IMG/VR virus record: IMGVR_UViG_3300031939_000001
Location: 1 to 63,040 of that record
Direction: 5' to 3' (one strand)
DNA: 63,040 nt
Source of the DNA: a virus
Taxonomy: Duplodnaviria; Caudoviricetes
This document shows positions 19,407 to 30,062 of this stretch, piece by piece (within the stretch, counting starts at the first letter, position 1; every line of letters begins with the position of its first letter). The position numbers and the translations under genes were made by a program. The notes beneath the pieces were generated by a model, which was not told where the DNA came from, did no database searches, and saw only the letters and a program-made list of their open reading frames with translations.

Positions 19407-19437
19407 AACCCCCGGAGTGGTCGCCGCTCCGGGGGTT
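19407..19437. terminator. Hairpin terminator between convergent genes
   Basis: AACCCCCGGAGTGG-TCG-CCGCTCCGGGGGTT followed by T-rich tail. Confidence 0.75.
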
Positions 19438-19513
19438 TCGTGGTCTTCGGGGGTCGCCCCGCCGCCCGCCGAGGGGGGAAGGTCCGCCGGCGGGCGACGG
19501 GTGTCTCAGGCCC

Positions 19514-22285
19514 TCACGGCCGGGTGGGGCGGCGGCTGGTGAAGACCTCCCGGCCGTGCACGAACGGGGCGCCGTGCACGTCCTCCTCGAGCGCCAGCTC
19601 CTCGGCGACGCCGGCGACGGCCCGGAAGATGCGGGTGATCGAGACGTCCGGGAGGCCCTCCATGGGCACGTCCACGGTGATCCGGTAGACCCTGGTCATG
19701 GGGTGTCCTTGTGCAGCACCTGCGGGAGGTGGCCGAGCGAGGCGTCCAGGATCTCACTGCGCTTCGGGTCGTCGCTCATCAGCATCACCGCACCCGACCA
19801 TGTGCCGTGGGCGATGATGGCCCTGACCGCGCCGCAGTCGCTGTGCGCCATGGTCTCCACGTCGTCCAGGTCGAAGTCGGCGCCGCTGATGCCGAAGACC
19901 CGGGCCATGTCCTGTAGCCCGGTCGGCTGGTTCATGTAGTCGATCAGCGCGTCGGTGACGATCCCGCCGGCGGTGAACTTGGCGCCCAGCGTGCTGGCGT
20001 GCTCCTCGCCCAGCCACTCGACGGTGTACTCGGCGGTGCCGAAGACGGTGAGCCGGCGGTTGACCCGGTAGTCCTGGGTGACCAGGGCGATGTCGCCGGC
20101 GCGGTTGACCACCTGCGTCATCAGGCAGTCGAGGATCACGCCCTCCTCGAGCGCGTACCACTCGACGACGGCGCGCTGCATCGACCTCGGGCGCCCCGCC
20201 CACGGCTTGCCGGTGTAGGGGTCCCGGTTGACGTACTGGCGCGCCGGGCGCCAGCTCTCCGTGGTGAAGGCGATGGCGTCGCAGCCGAAGAACTTGGTCG
20301 CCAGCCACGCGGCCCGGAGCGTCTCGTCCCGGTCGGTCTGCAACGGCATGAGCACCACCACGGGCCTCTCGCCGCGATAGCCGTGCACGACGTTGCGGAT
20401 GTTGGTGTCCGCGTCGGGCCCGGACTGGTCGCGCAGCCAACTCTCCTTGCTCGCCCGGACGTCGACAGCGACCCTGTCGGCGAGCTCGATGATCCTCATG
20501 GGGCCCCTCTGTCGTGGCGGAAGTCGTACTGCAGCAGGGCGACGCCGGCGCCGACCTTCGGGGCCAGCACCCGGGCGTAGCGGCGGGCGTGCTGCGAGCA
20601 CACCGACCGCTCGGCGCGCCGGCCGCCATTGGTGGTGACGATAGACATGACCACTACCGCGCCCCGCGAGCACCGGCTGCCGTCGGTGATCCACTCGCAG
20701 CGCCGCTCGGTCACGACACGAGGATCCGCACCAGCGGGGCGACGGTGACCAGCGCGACGAAGGCGACCATCAGCGTGGTGCCGATCCAGGCGTAGACCCA
20801 GGCCAGCCGCCGACGACGGGGGTCGAGCCGGGCGTGGAGGTGGTGGCCGTCCCGGTCGCCGAGGCAGATTTCGTCGGGCAGGTGGCGCAGCAGGAACAGG
20901 GCGATCACCGAGTTGGCGCCGTAGTGGCCGATCGGCAGGCCGAGCATCAGTGTCTCGGCCGTCGCGACGGCCGGGTTGCCGGGGAACAGGTCGATCACGG
21001 CCGGATCTCGCCGTGGGCGTAGAGGTAGTCCCAGACCCACCGGGCGGCCGCCCGCGGCGTCATGCCCATGTCCGGCTCGCAGGCGGCGTCGCGGTCGCCG
21101 AGCCGGTGGCAGCCGCACCGGCCGAGCAGGTGCGCCGGGCCGCCGGTGCTCATCCGCACCATGCACTCGGCGTGCACCGGCTCGATCTTCGTGACCAGCC
21201 TGCCGTCCTCGCCCATCAGGACCGCAGGCATGAGCACGCCCCTGTCGCCCTCGACGACCTCCTCGGCGCAGTGCAGGCAGGGGGCACCGACCGGGGTGGG
21301 CACCCGGGAGGCGGGCTCCTCGCACACCGGCGCCGGGGTGGCCGCGCTGGGCCACGGGTCGCCGAACCAGGCGCTCACGACGACCGCCGGCGGGCGATGA
21401 TCGGGCTCCACACCTCGGGGTGCTCGTGGTCGCCGCCGCAGAGCAGGCTGTCCTGCGGCCGCCGGATGTAGATGCCGGAGACCGTCGGCGTGCCGCACTG
21501 GCAGCACACGTCGTTGCCGTCGAGCACCTTGAGCGGCTGGCGGAACCGGCCGTCGGCCATGCCGCCCTCCGGCGAGTCGAACCAGCACCGCTCGCAGAGG
21601 TTGTGCGTCCACTCCACTAGCGGGTCACCTGCACCTTGCTGGCGCGGCGGTGCAGCCAGTCGCCGACCCACTGGGGAGCGCGCGTCAGCCGAGCACTGGC
21701 GTGGCGCAGCTCGTCGGCGGCGTAGTCGCGCGCGACGTGCAGGACGTCGTCGGCGACCTCCTCGTAGGTGAGATGGCCGCCCTCGCGCATGGCGGCGAGG
21801 ATCCGGTCGCGCAGATCGGTCACGGGGTCTCCTCCTCTTGCAGGACGGCGCGCTCCAGGGCGCGGATGTCGGCGCCGATGTGCGACTCCAACTCGTCGGC
21901 GAGTAGCTCGAGGGCCCGGGCGTCGCCCCGGTCGAACATCCGCGACGCGGCGCCGCGCAACTGGTCGGCGGCGTAGGTGCGCAGCCAGCACTCCAGCAGG
22001 TCGGCGGCCTCGACGTCGGGGCTGGTCGCGCGCTTGACGTAGCGGACGATGCGCTGCAGGTCGGCGCGCAGCTCAGGGGCTGACACGGCGCCTGCGCTCG
22101 GAGTTGGCGACCAGCCGGACGGCCTTGACGCACCCCTGGTGATACCAGGCGCCGAGGTAGAACTCCGGGGTCTCGGCGATGGCGCCCAGGCGGATGGTGC
22201 AGAAGGCGCACAGCCGGTCGACGCGGGGGATCGGCCGGGTGCGCGGCGCGGCGAACATCGGCTCGGTCCTCGGCGCGGCGGTCAC
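19514..22285 (-). CDS. Accessory operon of hypothetical genes (19514-19699, 19696-20499, 20496-20714, 20711-20998 membrane, 20995-21378, 21375-21617, 21617-21823, 21820-22086, 22073-22285)
   Basis: Overlapping ORF chain; several Cys/His zinc motifs. Confidence 0.62.
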
Positions 22286-23790
22286 AGCGCGGCGCCCATT
22301 CGGCGCAGGTGCGCCCGGGCGTTGAGGCCGCCCCGATGGTCCGAGGGGGTGTTGGTCAGAAAGTAGGTGTGCCCGCGTGGGTTGATCACTCGCGGCTTGC
22401 CCTTCCCGTTCGCGTTGGTCTTCTGGTAGGTCCAGCCCTGGTCGATGAGCTTGGCGACCATCGCCTGGTACTCCTCGCTCATCTCGCGGCCGGGGTAGTC
22501 GCCGTCGTAGCCGGGCCTGACGACGCGCAGCGGCCGGGTGGCCTTGGCGCGCGCCATGAGCCCACGGAGTTCGGCGACGTCGTCGGTGTTGCTCCGGGGC
22601 GTCGGCGGGACGACGGCGGGTGCCGGCTCGGCCGCCTGCTCGGTCGCCTGCTCGGCCGCCTGCTCGGCCGGGGCGAGCGTCACGCCGAGGTAGAGGTTCG
22701 GTTTCGGTCGACCGCCGTACTGCTCGCCGTCTGGCGCGACGTCGCCCGGTCGGGCCTGTCGCCGCTTGGCGCCGTACCCGGCGCGGGTCATGGCCATGCC
22801 CATCGCGCGCGGGTTGCCCGCCGGCGGGGCGTCCACGGTCGGCCGCCAGGCCTCGTAGGCGGCCAGCAGCTCCGGGCTGCTCAGGTGGGCGGTGTCGTCG
22901 GCCGGGACGAGGGCGGTCTCGATGAACAGGTCGAGCGCGGCGTCGCGCTCGGCGAGCTCAGTGCTCCGGGGCCCCTGCTGCTGCGCCGCGGCGGGGGTTT
23001 CGGGCCGGGCCGGGGGAGGGGGGAGCGGCTCGTCGGGGGTCTTCGGCGCCGGCGCGGGGGCGCCGTCCAGGGCCCAGTAGGTGCGCCGGGGGTAGGTGTG
23101 GGTGCCGTGCAGGGTGATGCCCTCGGTCTGGTCGCGCACGAGGTGCAGCAGGCTCCGGCCGTAGCCGCGCTCCCGGGCGGCGGCCACCACGTCGCCGGCG
23201 TAGGCCGCGCCGCCGCGCTCGGTGAGGTGGTCCAGCAGCCACCGGCGGATCTCCTCGCGGCGGCTCTCGGCGGGCCCGGCGTCGGGCTGGTCGGGGGTGA
23301 ACGCCTCGAACGCCTTGGTCATGCGCGGCGACTCGCCCTCGTCCCAGTCGCCGACGGTGCGCGACGGGCGGCCGGCGGCGGCCGCCGCATCGTCGGCCGG
23401 GCCGTGGTCGGGGTAGCTGTCGTCGGTGTCGACGTCGACCTTGAGCCGACCGCCGGCCTTGCGCGCGGCGCGCTGGGCCTCGCCGAGGGTGCCGTTTCGC
23501 TCGATGACCGTTCGGACCCTCTCGACGGCCTGACTCGCCCCGACGGCGGCCGCCGTGGCGATCCCCTTGACCTGGGCGAGGGTGAACAGGGCCTCGGCCG
23601 GTGCGGCCATCGGTTCGATCGCGGGGCGCTCTGGCGCCCGCCATGGGTAGTCGCTGCCGAGCAGTCGGGTCAGCACTGGGGCGACCACGAGCCCGGCTAG
23701 GCGGCCGACGACACAGCACAGGTAGTGCGCGCCGTCCCTGCCGCCGCAGGTTCTGCAGGTGGACATGGGAAGTGGGTTCTCCTTTGCCAA
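22282..23790 (-). CDS. Multidomain protein: two winged-helix-like segments plus C-terminal HicA-like domain
   Basis: IRRWLLDHL..VVAAARERGYG; ELLAAYEAW..MGMAMTRAGY; GW..KP....P.G..TPSDHRG..NARAHLRR. Confidence 0.6.
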   Translation of the reverse strand: MAKENPLPMSTCRTCGGRDGAHYLCCVVGRLAGLVVAPVLTRLLGSDYPWRAPERPAIEPMAAPAEALFTLAQVKGIATAAAVGASQAVERVRTVIERNGTLGEAQRAARKAGGRLKVDVDTDDSYPDHGPADDAAAAAGRPSRTVGDWDEGESPRMTKAFEAFTPDQPDAGPAESRREEIRRWLLDHLTERGGAAYAGDVVAAARERGYGRSLLHLVRDQTEGITLHGTHTYPRRTYWALDGAPAPAPKTPDEPLPPPPARPETPAAAQQQGPRSTELAERDAALDLFIETALVPADDTAHLSSPELLAAYEAWRPTVDAPPAGNPRAMGMAMTRAGYGAKRRQARPGDVAPDGEQYGGRPKPNLYLGVTLAPAEQAAEQATEQAAEPAPAVVPPTPRSNTDDVAELRGLMARAKATRPLRVVRPGYDGDYPGREMSEEYQAMVAKLIDQGWTYQKTNANGKGKPRVINPRGHTYFLTNTPSDHRGGLNARAHLRRMGAAL

Positions 23791-24252
23791 TCAGCGCGCG
23801 AGAGCCAGTGGCACCCGGGCGCGGGGGTGGGGGGTGAGGTCGGGGATCTCCCAGCCTCGGGCGTGCATGTCGTTGACGACCTGGCCCTGGTAGGAGACGG
23901 CGAGGCCGGCGTCGACCAGCCGGCGGGCGGTGGCGGCCTGCACGCGCATGTGCGGCGCGCAGTTGGCCAGCACGATGGCGGCCCGGATCCCGGTGAGCGT
24001 CCAGCGGTACGAGCGACTGGTGATGTCGGCGTGACGGTCGGGGCAGTGGGTGGTGCAGTTGTGCTTGGTGTACTGGCGGCCGGTCTCGATCACCTTGGTG
24101 CCGGTGATCTCGCCGAGCCACGCCAGCGAGCCGTACCTGCCGGAGACCTGCACGACGGGCAGCACGGAGCCGGACACCTCGCGACTGCGCAGCGCCGCGA
24201 GGTTGTCGATCAGCGCGGCCGCATAGGCGACGTCGGCCGTGGTCAGTGGCAT
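23791..24252 (-). CDS. Divergent LAGLIDADG-fold protein
   Basis: VAYAAALIDNLA..LAWLGEITG..YRWTLTG..VL....PHMRVQ. Confidence 0.6.
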   Translation of the reverse strand: MPLTTADVAYAAALIDNLAALRSREVSGSVLPVVQVSGRYGSLAWLGEITGTKVIETGRQYTKHNCTTHCPDRHADITSRSYRWTLTGIRAAIVLANCAPHMRVQAATARRLVDAGLAVSYQGQVVNDMHARGWEIPDLTPHPRARVPLALAR

Positions 24253-24595
24253 CGGGGCTCGGCTCTCGGATGAGGCCCGGCCCCGGCCTCGGCGGGACGC
24301 GCATGGGGGTCGCGTCGCCGAGGCCGGGCCCGGGGGTCTGTGCACGCCAGGGCAGCGACGGGTGGGCCAAGGGGGGCTCTCTCCGTAGCGGGCCTGCTGA
24401 CGCGACCGTTCTTACGCCGTCGCGATGGGCCCGTCAATGTGACAGAACCAGGGTTGACGGGACACACTCCGTGAGGTTCCCTTCGACGGCGTTGGGATCT
24501 TCCCGACAGTGTGCCCCGCACCGCCAAGCCGGTGCACACTGCCCCACCAGCATCATCCTTCACACAGAGCGGCTTCCCCACCCCCCGTGCTGACC

Positions 24596-25382
24596 ATGAC
24601 CGCAACCACCACCGCCTGCGACACCTGCACCCACCACCTGCTCGGCCACGGGCGAGAGGGCTGCTTCTCGCCCTCCTGCCCGTGCCGGCTCTACATCGAC
24701 CCCACGTCGGTGCGCGCCGAACTGCGCGCCGTCGCCCGCGGCGAGGGCTGGGGCTGGCGCGAGCAGGAGTTCCTCGACGACTTCCATCGCGACGGCGAGT
24801 TCGTCACCGTCGTCTACACCGACTTCGACCGGGTGCTCGGCGCGAACACGGTGCTCGCCTACGTCGCCGGGCCGAACGCCGGGCGCCAGGCGGCCCTCGA
24901 CGCGCTGGCGGGGCTGGCGTGAGCGCCTCGGCCGAGCATCGACTGGTGGTGCTCGCCGACCTCGGCCGCGAGTACGCCGACCTGCTCGTGGTGATCCGCC
25001 GCGAGGTGGCCGCCCTGCTCGCCGACGACGTCGGCTGGACGGCGGTGGCCGCCGCGCTCGGCTGCACCCGGCAGGTGGTCCGCGCGCACTTCCTCGACTG
25101 GCCCCGCTACCGGCAGCTCAACCGGGCCCGCAACCGGGCGGCGGCGGCGGCCGAGTGAGCGGCAGGCCGTACAGCCGCGACACGCTCGACCTCGAGCAGC
25201 GCCGGCGCGATCTCAAACGCAGCGACCCGGAGCTCTACGCCTACATCGAGGCCCTGGCCGCCGCGCGGGAACTCAAACGGGCGGGCGACGCGGTGTCCGG
25301 GGCGCTCGACGGGCACGGCGCGGCCAACCGGCTCTGGGCCGAGGCTGGCCGCTGGGCCGCCGTCCGCGACCGACTGCGGTGA
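24596..25382 (+). CDS. Three hypothetical genes (24596-24922, 24919-25158 HTH-like, 25155-25382)
   Basis: GTGA overlaps; GWTAVAAALGCTRQ HTH-like motif. Confidence 0.65.
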
Positions 25383-25399
25383 CGCTCCGTAAGCACCGT

Positions 25400-25960
25400 C
25401 GCGACGCGCACGACAGCCTCTTTGTGAGGAAGTGACGACAACGGTGTAACTCACCCGATAGGGTGCCGCCCATGAGGTAACCCACAAACGCAAGAAGCCC
25501 GGTCCCTGGCAGGGGATCCGGGCTCTGCGACGGTCTAAGCGACTCGCTCTGGCAAGCACCAGCTTAGACCGTCTCCCCGGCCTGCGCGCAAGTGCGTGGG
25601 CCGTGTCGTCGAGAACGAGTCCGAGGAGCTGGTGCCCATCGCAGAACCCCCACCGCACGACGATCCGCCGTGGGGACTCGCGACCCTCCCGCCGGACGCC
25701 CGTCAGCCCCCGCGTGCGCCCCGCACCGGAGGCCATGAGTCGTCCCCCCTGGACGGCTGACGGGAACCGGCTCGACGGACCGCCCACCATTCCCCGGGCT
25801 GTCCTACCGGACAGCAACGGGGAGCCCCTGGCTCCCCGTCCCCCTTCCAGACGACGAGCGGCTTCGCCGCCGTCGGGACTGAGGGTTCCGTCGAGAAGGT
25901 GGGTCGTCCCCCCGTTGAGTAGGTAACGACTAGAGGGCGCGCGACGCGCCTGTGGAGAGG
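25400..25960. ncRNA. Highly structured non-coding region (candidate RNA or origin)
   Basis: At least seven inverted repeats, some nested; no ORF with phage-like codon usage. Confidence 0.45.
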
Positions 25961-25973
25961 GGCGTGCAGGTCG

Positions 25974-28014
25974 GTGGATATCCTGTGCAGAAGCTGCCGC
26001 GCGAAGATCCACACCGCCTGGATCGTCTGGGCGCCGGCCGGCGCGGTCACCTGCGGCGCCAGCACCTGTGTCAGCTGGGCCCGCGCCGGCGGCTGGCATG
26101 AGCAGGCGCGCGGCCTGGTCGACGTCCGCCGGGGACCGATGCGGCCGCGGGGGCGCCCCCGGTGCGACTACTGCGGTCACGAGCGGCCCGCACTGCGGCA
26201 CTGCTTCCGGGACGACGGCCAGGTGTTCTGCACCTTGACCTGCCGCCAGCGTGCGGCCAGGGTCGGCGCGTGACCGAACCGATCCGCTGCCTCGCCCCCA
26301 ATCCATTCAGTGCCGACCTGCCACCCTGCGGCCGCGAGCTCGGTCACGACGGCCTGCACACGGCGTCGTGGGACGAGACGATCGGCGAGCAGGCCGGTCT
26401 GGCGTCGATGAGCTGGGACAGCGCCCGGCTGGGTGAGATGCGTGAGCGGGCACGCAACGCGCCGGCGCCCCAAGACGAAAAGCGCAGCGACGATGGGGGG
26501 TGGCCGAGCCGGGTGCAGACGCCCCAGAACGATCACATCGCCCAGACGCTCGCCGACCGGTGGTCGGGCCCGGACGGCAGAGAGGAAGATGACCCGACAT
26601 GAGCATCGACACCGCGCCCCTCGAGCGGCGCTGGACCCGCGAACCGCGCGAGAGCCTGCAACGGCACGACGCCCGCAAGGGGCGGGTCGTGCGCGCCAAG
26701 CCCGGGCCCTGGTGGGACGAGCCGGACAAGGTGCAGTGGGTCGACCGGGCCACCGGGCTGGACTGCCTGATCAACCGCAACCAGATGGGCGCCTGGTGCG
26801 GCTACGTCGGCCTGCCGCCCGGCCACCCGTGGCGCGGCGCCGGGACCTACGACCAGATCAACGCGACCGTGCACGGCGGGCTCACCTACGGCCCCCGGCC
26901 GTGCGATGAGGAGGCGCCGGAGGGTCACGGGATCTGTCACGTCCCCTTCCCGGGGCGGCCGGCGGACGTCGCCTGGCTGGGCTTCGACTGCGGCCACGCC
27001 TTCGACCTCTCGCCGGTCATGGCCACGCTCTACGACGACGAGGAGCTGTTCCCCCACCCCCGGGCGTCCCGGGCCGAGTGGATGCGCGAGGTCTACCGGG
27101 ACGAGGCCTACGTCCGGCGCGAGGTCGAGCACCTGGCCGCGCAGGCGGCCGAGGCGGCCACCACCCGCCGGCGGCACGGCTACGTCAAGCATGACCGCGA
27201 CGAGCGCCGGCGCAAGACCAAGGAGATGGTGCGGCTGCTCAACCTGCCCCAGCGCACCGAGACCGAGGCCGCGCTGCTGGCCATGATGATGTGGCCGCGC
27301 GAGGCCCGATGAGTGGCCTGCTGACGCTCTGGGTCGTCTACGACCACCCGGCCGACTACCCGGACGACGTGGTCGTCCGCCGCTGGCAGGTCGGCCGGGA
27401 GGAGGCGCCGGTGCGGACCAGCGTGGTCGAGTGCTACCCGGACCTGGAGGCGGCCCGGGACGCCCTCGAGCAGCGCGGGCTGGTCTGCGTGCCGCGCTCG
27501 GCGCCCGACGACCCGGTCATCGTGGAGTCGTGGCTGTGAGGGCAGAGCGACCACTGCCGGTCGACGACCAGCCGCCGCGGATCACCGAACTGTGGGCCTG
27601 GACGACACTGGACCCGATGACCGACGTCGAGGGCATCCTCGGCGGCAAGCTGCCCGGCCTCGGGATCGCCGTCCCGCTGGTGACCTCGATGCGCCGGCTG
27701 GCCGAGCGGCTACGCCCGATCGCCGAGGAGGCCGTGCGGGGGATGGCCGAGCCCCGGCCGATCCTCATGCTGCGCCACTTCGTGCCCGCTCCGGGCGACG
27801 TCGGCCCCCCGGAGCCACCGTGAGGCACCGCCGCGCGGCCGGGCCGCCGGCGCCGACGAACGTCCGCGTCGTCCTGGTCGACGGGCGCGTGATCCCCTGC
27901 GAACTCGTTGCCGCTGACCGCCTGGACGCTGCCGCCCGACTACCCGCAGGACTGACGCCGATAAGCGTCGTTACGTCGGGTCGAGGTCGGGGCGGCGACT
28001 TCCGTTATCCCTAA
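25974..28014 (+). CDS. Accessory operon (25974-26273, 26270-26602, 26599-27312, 27309-27539, 27536-27823, 27820-28014)
   Basis: Overlapping ORFs; 26599-27312 has WCGYV..HGGLTY..WLGFDCGH, a common phage family. Confidence 0.68.
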
Positions 28015-28190
28015 GAGCGCCGCCGGGCCTTCTCGCCAAGCGTCCAGAGGCAGTCGAGGCAGACCCTGCCCGCCGTCCAGCCGAGGCGGTCGTCGGGCTC
28101 GTACCAGTCGTCGCCCGGCGTGCACAGGTACTCGCGCCCGCACCGGCTGCAGGTGACCATCCGCCAGCGCGGGTCGTCCTCGAGCGTCAC
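28011..28190 (-). CDS. Small CxxC/CxxC protein
   Basis: CSRC..CLDC. Confidence 0.55.
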   Translation of the reverse strand: MTLEDDPRWRMVTCSRCGREYLCTPGDDWYEPDDRLGWTAGRVCLDCLWTLGEKARRRS

Positions 28191-28465
28191 CAGTGCACGT
28201 ACTCCTTCGACGGGTCGCCGCCCGGGCGCCGGCGGCCGGTGCCGAGGTGGCGGATCCAGCCGTCCGGGTCGCCGGTGCCGTCCCACGTCGCGAAGGCCAC
28301 GACCGCGGCCTGGGGGCTCTCGTACTACCAGCCGTCGCTGTAGGACAGGGTGCCGGTCTGCCCGACGGCGATCCGCAGTCGCCCGAAGGTCAGCGGGTCG
28401 AGGTACACCGACCGGCCGTCGTCGAGGTCGCGGACGGCGTAGTGGCCACCCCCGTCGAGTTCCAT
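28187..28465 (-). pseudogene. Hypothetical gene with internal amber codon at 28325-28327
   Basis: Frame stays open past TAG to a TGA that overlaps the next GTG start. Confidence 0.65.
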
Positions 28466-28516
28466 CGCTTCCCCACTCCCTTGCAGAACGGCGGCGGTCC
28501 CACCAGGCTGACCACC

Positions 28517-28714
28517 ATGCCACTGCACCTGCTCGGCGGCCGCCGGTGCCCCCTCTGCGGCCGGGAGGACTTCCACATCCACCGCCGCGCGCCGATCGTC
28601 GAGGCGGTGCTCGATGAGGTCACCACCGAGGCCCGGAACGCCGCCGCCAGGCGGACGGCGCCGGGGTCACGGGCGCCGTCCGGTGAGCAGCTCGGCCTCT
28701 TCGACCAGGACTAG
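28517..28714 (+). CDS. Hypothetical protein
   Basis: CPLC motif, QLGLF tail. Confidence 0.45.
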   Translation: MPLHLLGGRRCPLCGREDFHIHRRAPIVEAVLDEVTTEARNAAARRTAPGSRAPSGEQLGLFDQD

Positions 28715-29099
28715 CGGCGCCGACGCTCGGCGACGACGGTGAGCGCGGTCACGGCGACCGCGACCGCGAAGCAGCCGACCGGGATCCCGGCGGTGCCGAC
28801 CGGCGGGAAGTAGGACCCAAGCGTCCAGCCGATCGCCAGGCACCAGGCGACCAGCGTGAGGATCCGCCAGTCCGCCCGGTGGCGCTCGACGACCACCCGG
28901 CGGGTGTGCGCGCCGGTGCGGCGGCCGCCGATGAGGCGCAGGCGGTGCGGCCCGGTCATCGAGGCTGGTTGCGCACGATCACGGTGCGGCCGTCCTTGGA
29001 CACCTCCAACCGCCTGACGTCCCCGTCCGCGTAGAGCTTGGCGAGCGACCACGCCTCCGCATCCGGTTGCTGCGTCGTCTCCACCTTGCTGTTGGCCAT
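28711..29099 (-). CDS. Two small genes (28711-28959 two-TM membrane protein; 28956-29099)
   Basis: AGGAGG RBS; ATGA overlap. Confidence 0.62.
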
Positions 29100-29191
29100 G
29101 CCAATCCTCCTGTTGACCCGGAATCCCCCAGCGGGCCCCGCTGACTCGGGCGCCCGATGGGCGGCACCTTACGGTGACGCGACCGCAACGA

Positions 29192-29234
29192 CAAAGACCC
29201 CCCGCCACCGGAGCGTTCCGGTGACGGGGGGTCT
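29192..29234 (-). terminator. Intrinsic terminator of the par operon
   Basis: AGACCCCCCGCCACCGGA / TCCGGTGACGGGGGGTCT stem with T tract on the minus strand. Confidence 0.78.
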
Positions 29235-29251
29235 GGGGGTGTCCGTGCTGG

Positions 29252-29428
29252 TCAGTCGTCCTTCGGCCAGGTCCGGCGGATCTTGCCCTCCTGGAGGTCC
29301 CACGTCCAGCAGCCGTGGTCGCCGGCGTGCCCGGCGGCCTCGGTGCAGACCATGAAGCTCGGGTCGAGGTCGAAGCACAGGACGTTCGGCAGTGGCTCCT
29401 GCATGACGTCGTTCTCGTCGATCATCAC
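29252..29428 (-). CDS. Small C-x4-GHxGxH protein
   Basis: CTEAAGHAGDH; GTGA overlap. Confidence 0.55.
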   Translation of the reverse strand: MMIDENDVMQEPLPNVLCFDLDPSFMVCTEAAGHAGDHGCWTWDLQEGKIRRTWPKDD

Positions 29429-29868
29429 TGCTCCTCCCCGTCCTCGGGGCCCATGTGGGCGTCGAGGAACATGTTGAGCGCCAGCTCCACGATGTCCTGC
29501 TGCGAGACGTCGGCGAGCACGCAGAAGCGGCGCAGGCGGTCGGCGATCGTCGGCAGCACGCGCACGCCAAGCTGCTGGCGCAGTTCGACGCGGCGCTTGC
29601 GCAGTTGCTCCAGGGTGGCGACGCCCTGCAGCACGGCGCCGGCGACCGGGGTCCGCTCCCCCGTGCTCGGCGCCTCCTGCTGGGCCGGGGCCGCCGGGCG
29701 CGGCGCGCGCTTGGCCGGGGCCTTCCTGCTGGCCGCCTTGGTAACGGGCTTGGTAGCAGGCGCGCTACCAGCGTCGGTAGCAGGCTTGCTAGCTGGCTGG
29801 GTAGCAGGCTCGTCGGCCGGTGGTGCACCGAGGTTGCCGAGGATGTCGCTGGCTTGCGCGCGAGCCAT
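29425..29868 (-). CDS. Ribbon-helix-helix centromere-binding protein (ParG-like)
   Basis: Disordered N-terminus; QQLGVRV..ADRLRRFC...VSQQDIVELAL RHH; downstream of ParA. Confidence 0.75.
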   Translation of the reverse strand: MARAQASDILGNLGAPPADEPATQPASKPATDAGSAPATKPVTKAASRKAPAKRAPRPAAPAQQEAPSTGERTPVAGAVLQGVATLEQLRKRRVELRQQLGVRVLPTIADRLRRFCVLADVSQQDIVELALNMFLDAHMGPEDGEEQ

Positions 29869-30062
29869 CACTGCACCTCCGACTTCTTGACGGTCAGCGC
29901 CGCGTTCACGGCGTCGATACGGTTCCGCAGGTCCGCAGCGGCGACCTTCGCCCGGGTGTTGCCGATCGTGGCCTGCGCTGCCGTCAGGTTCCACTCGGTC
30001 TCCCACTGGCGCACCAGCGCGCGGACGCGGCGCACCCGCAGGGCGTTGGCGTCGGCGACCAT
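29868..30062 (-). CDS. Small hypothetical protein within the par operon
   Basis: TGATG overlaps on both sides. Confidence 0.6.
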   Translation of the reverse strand: MVADANALRVRRVRALVRQWETEWNLTAAQATIGNTRAKVAAADLRNRIDAVNAALTVKKSEVQ

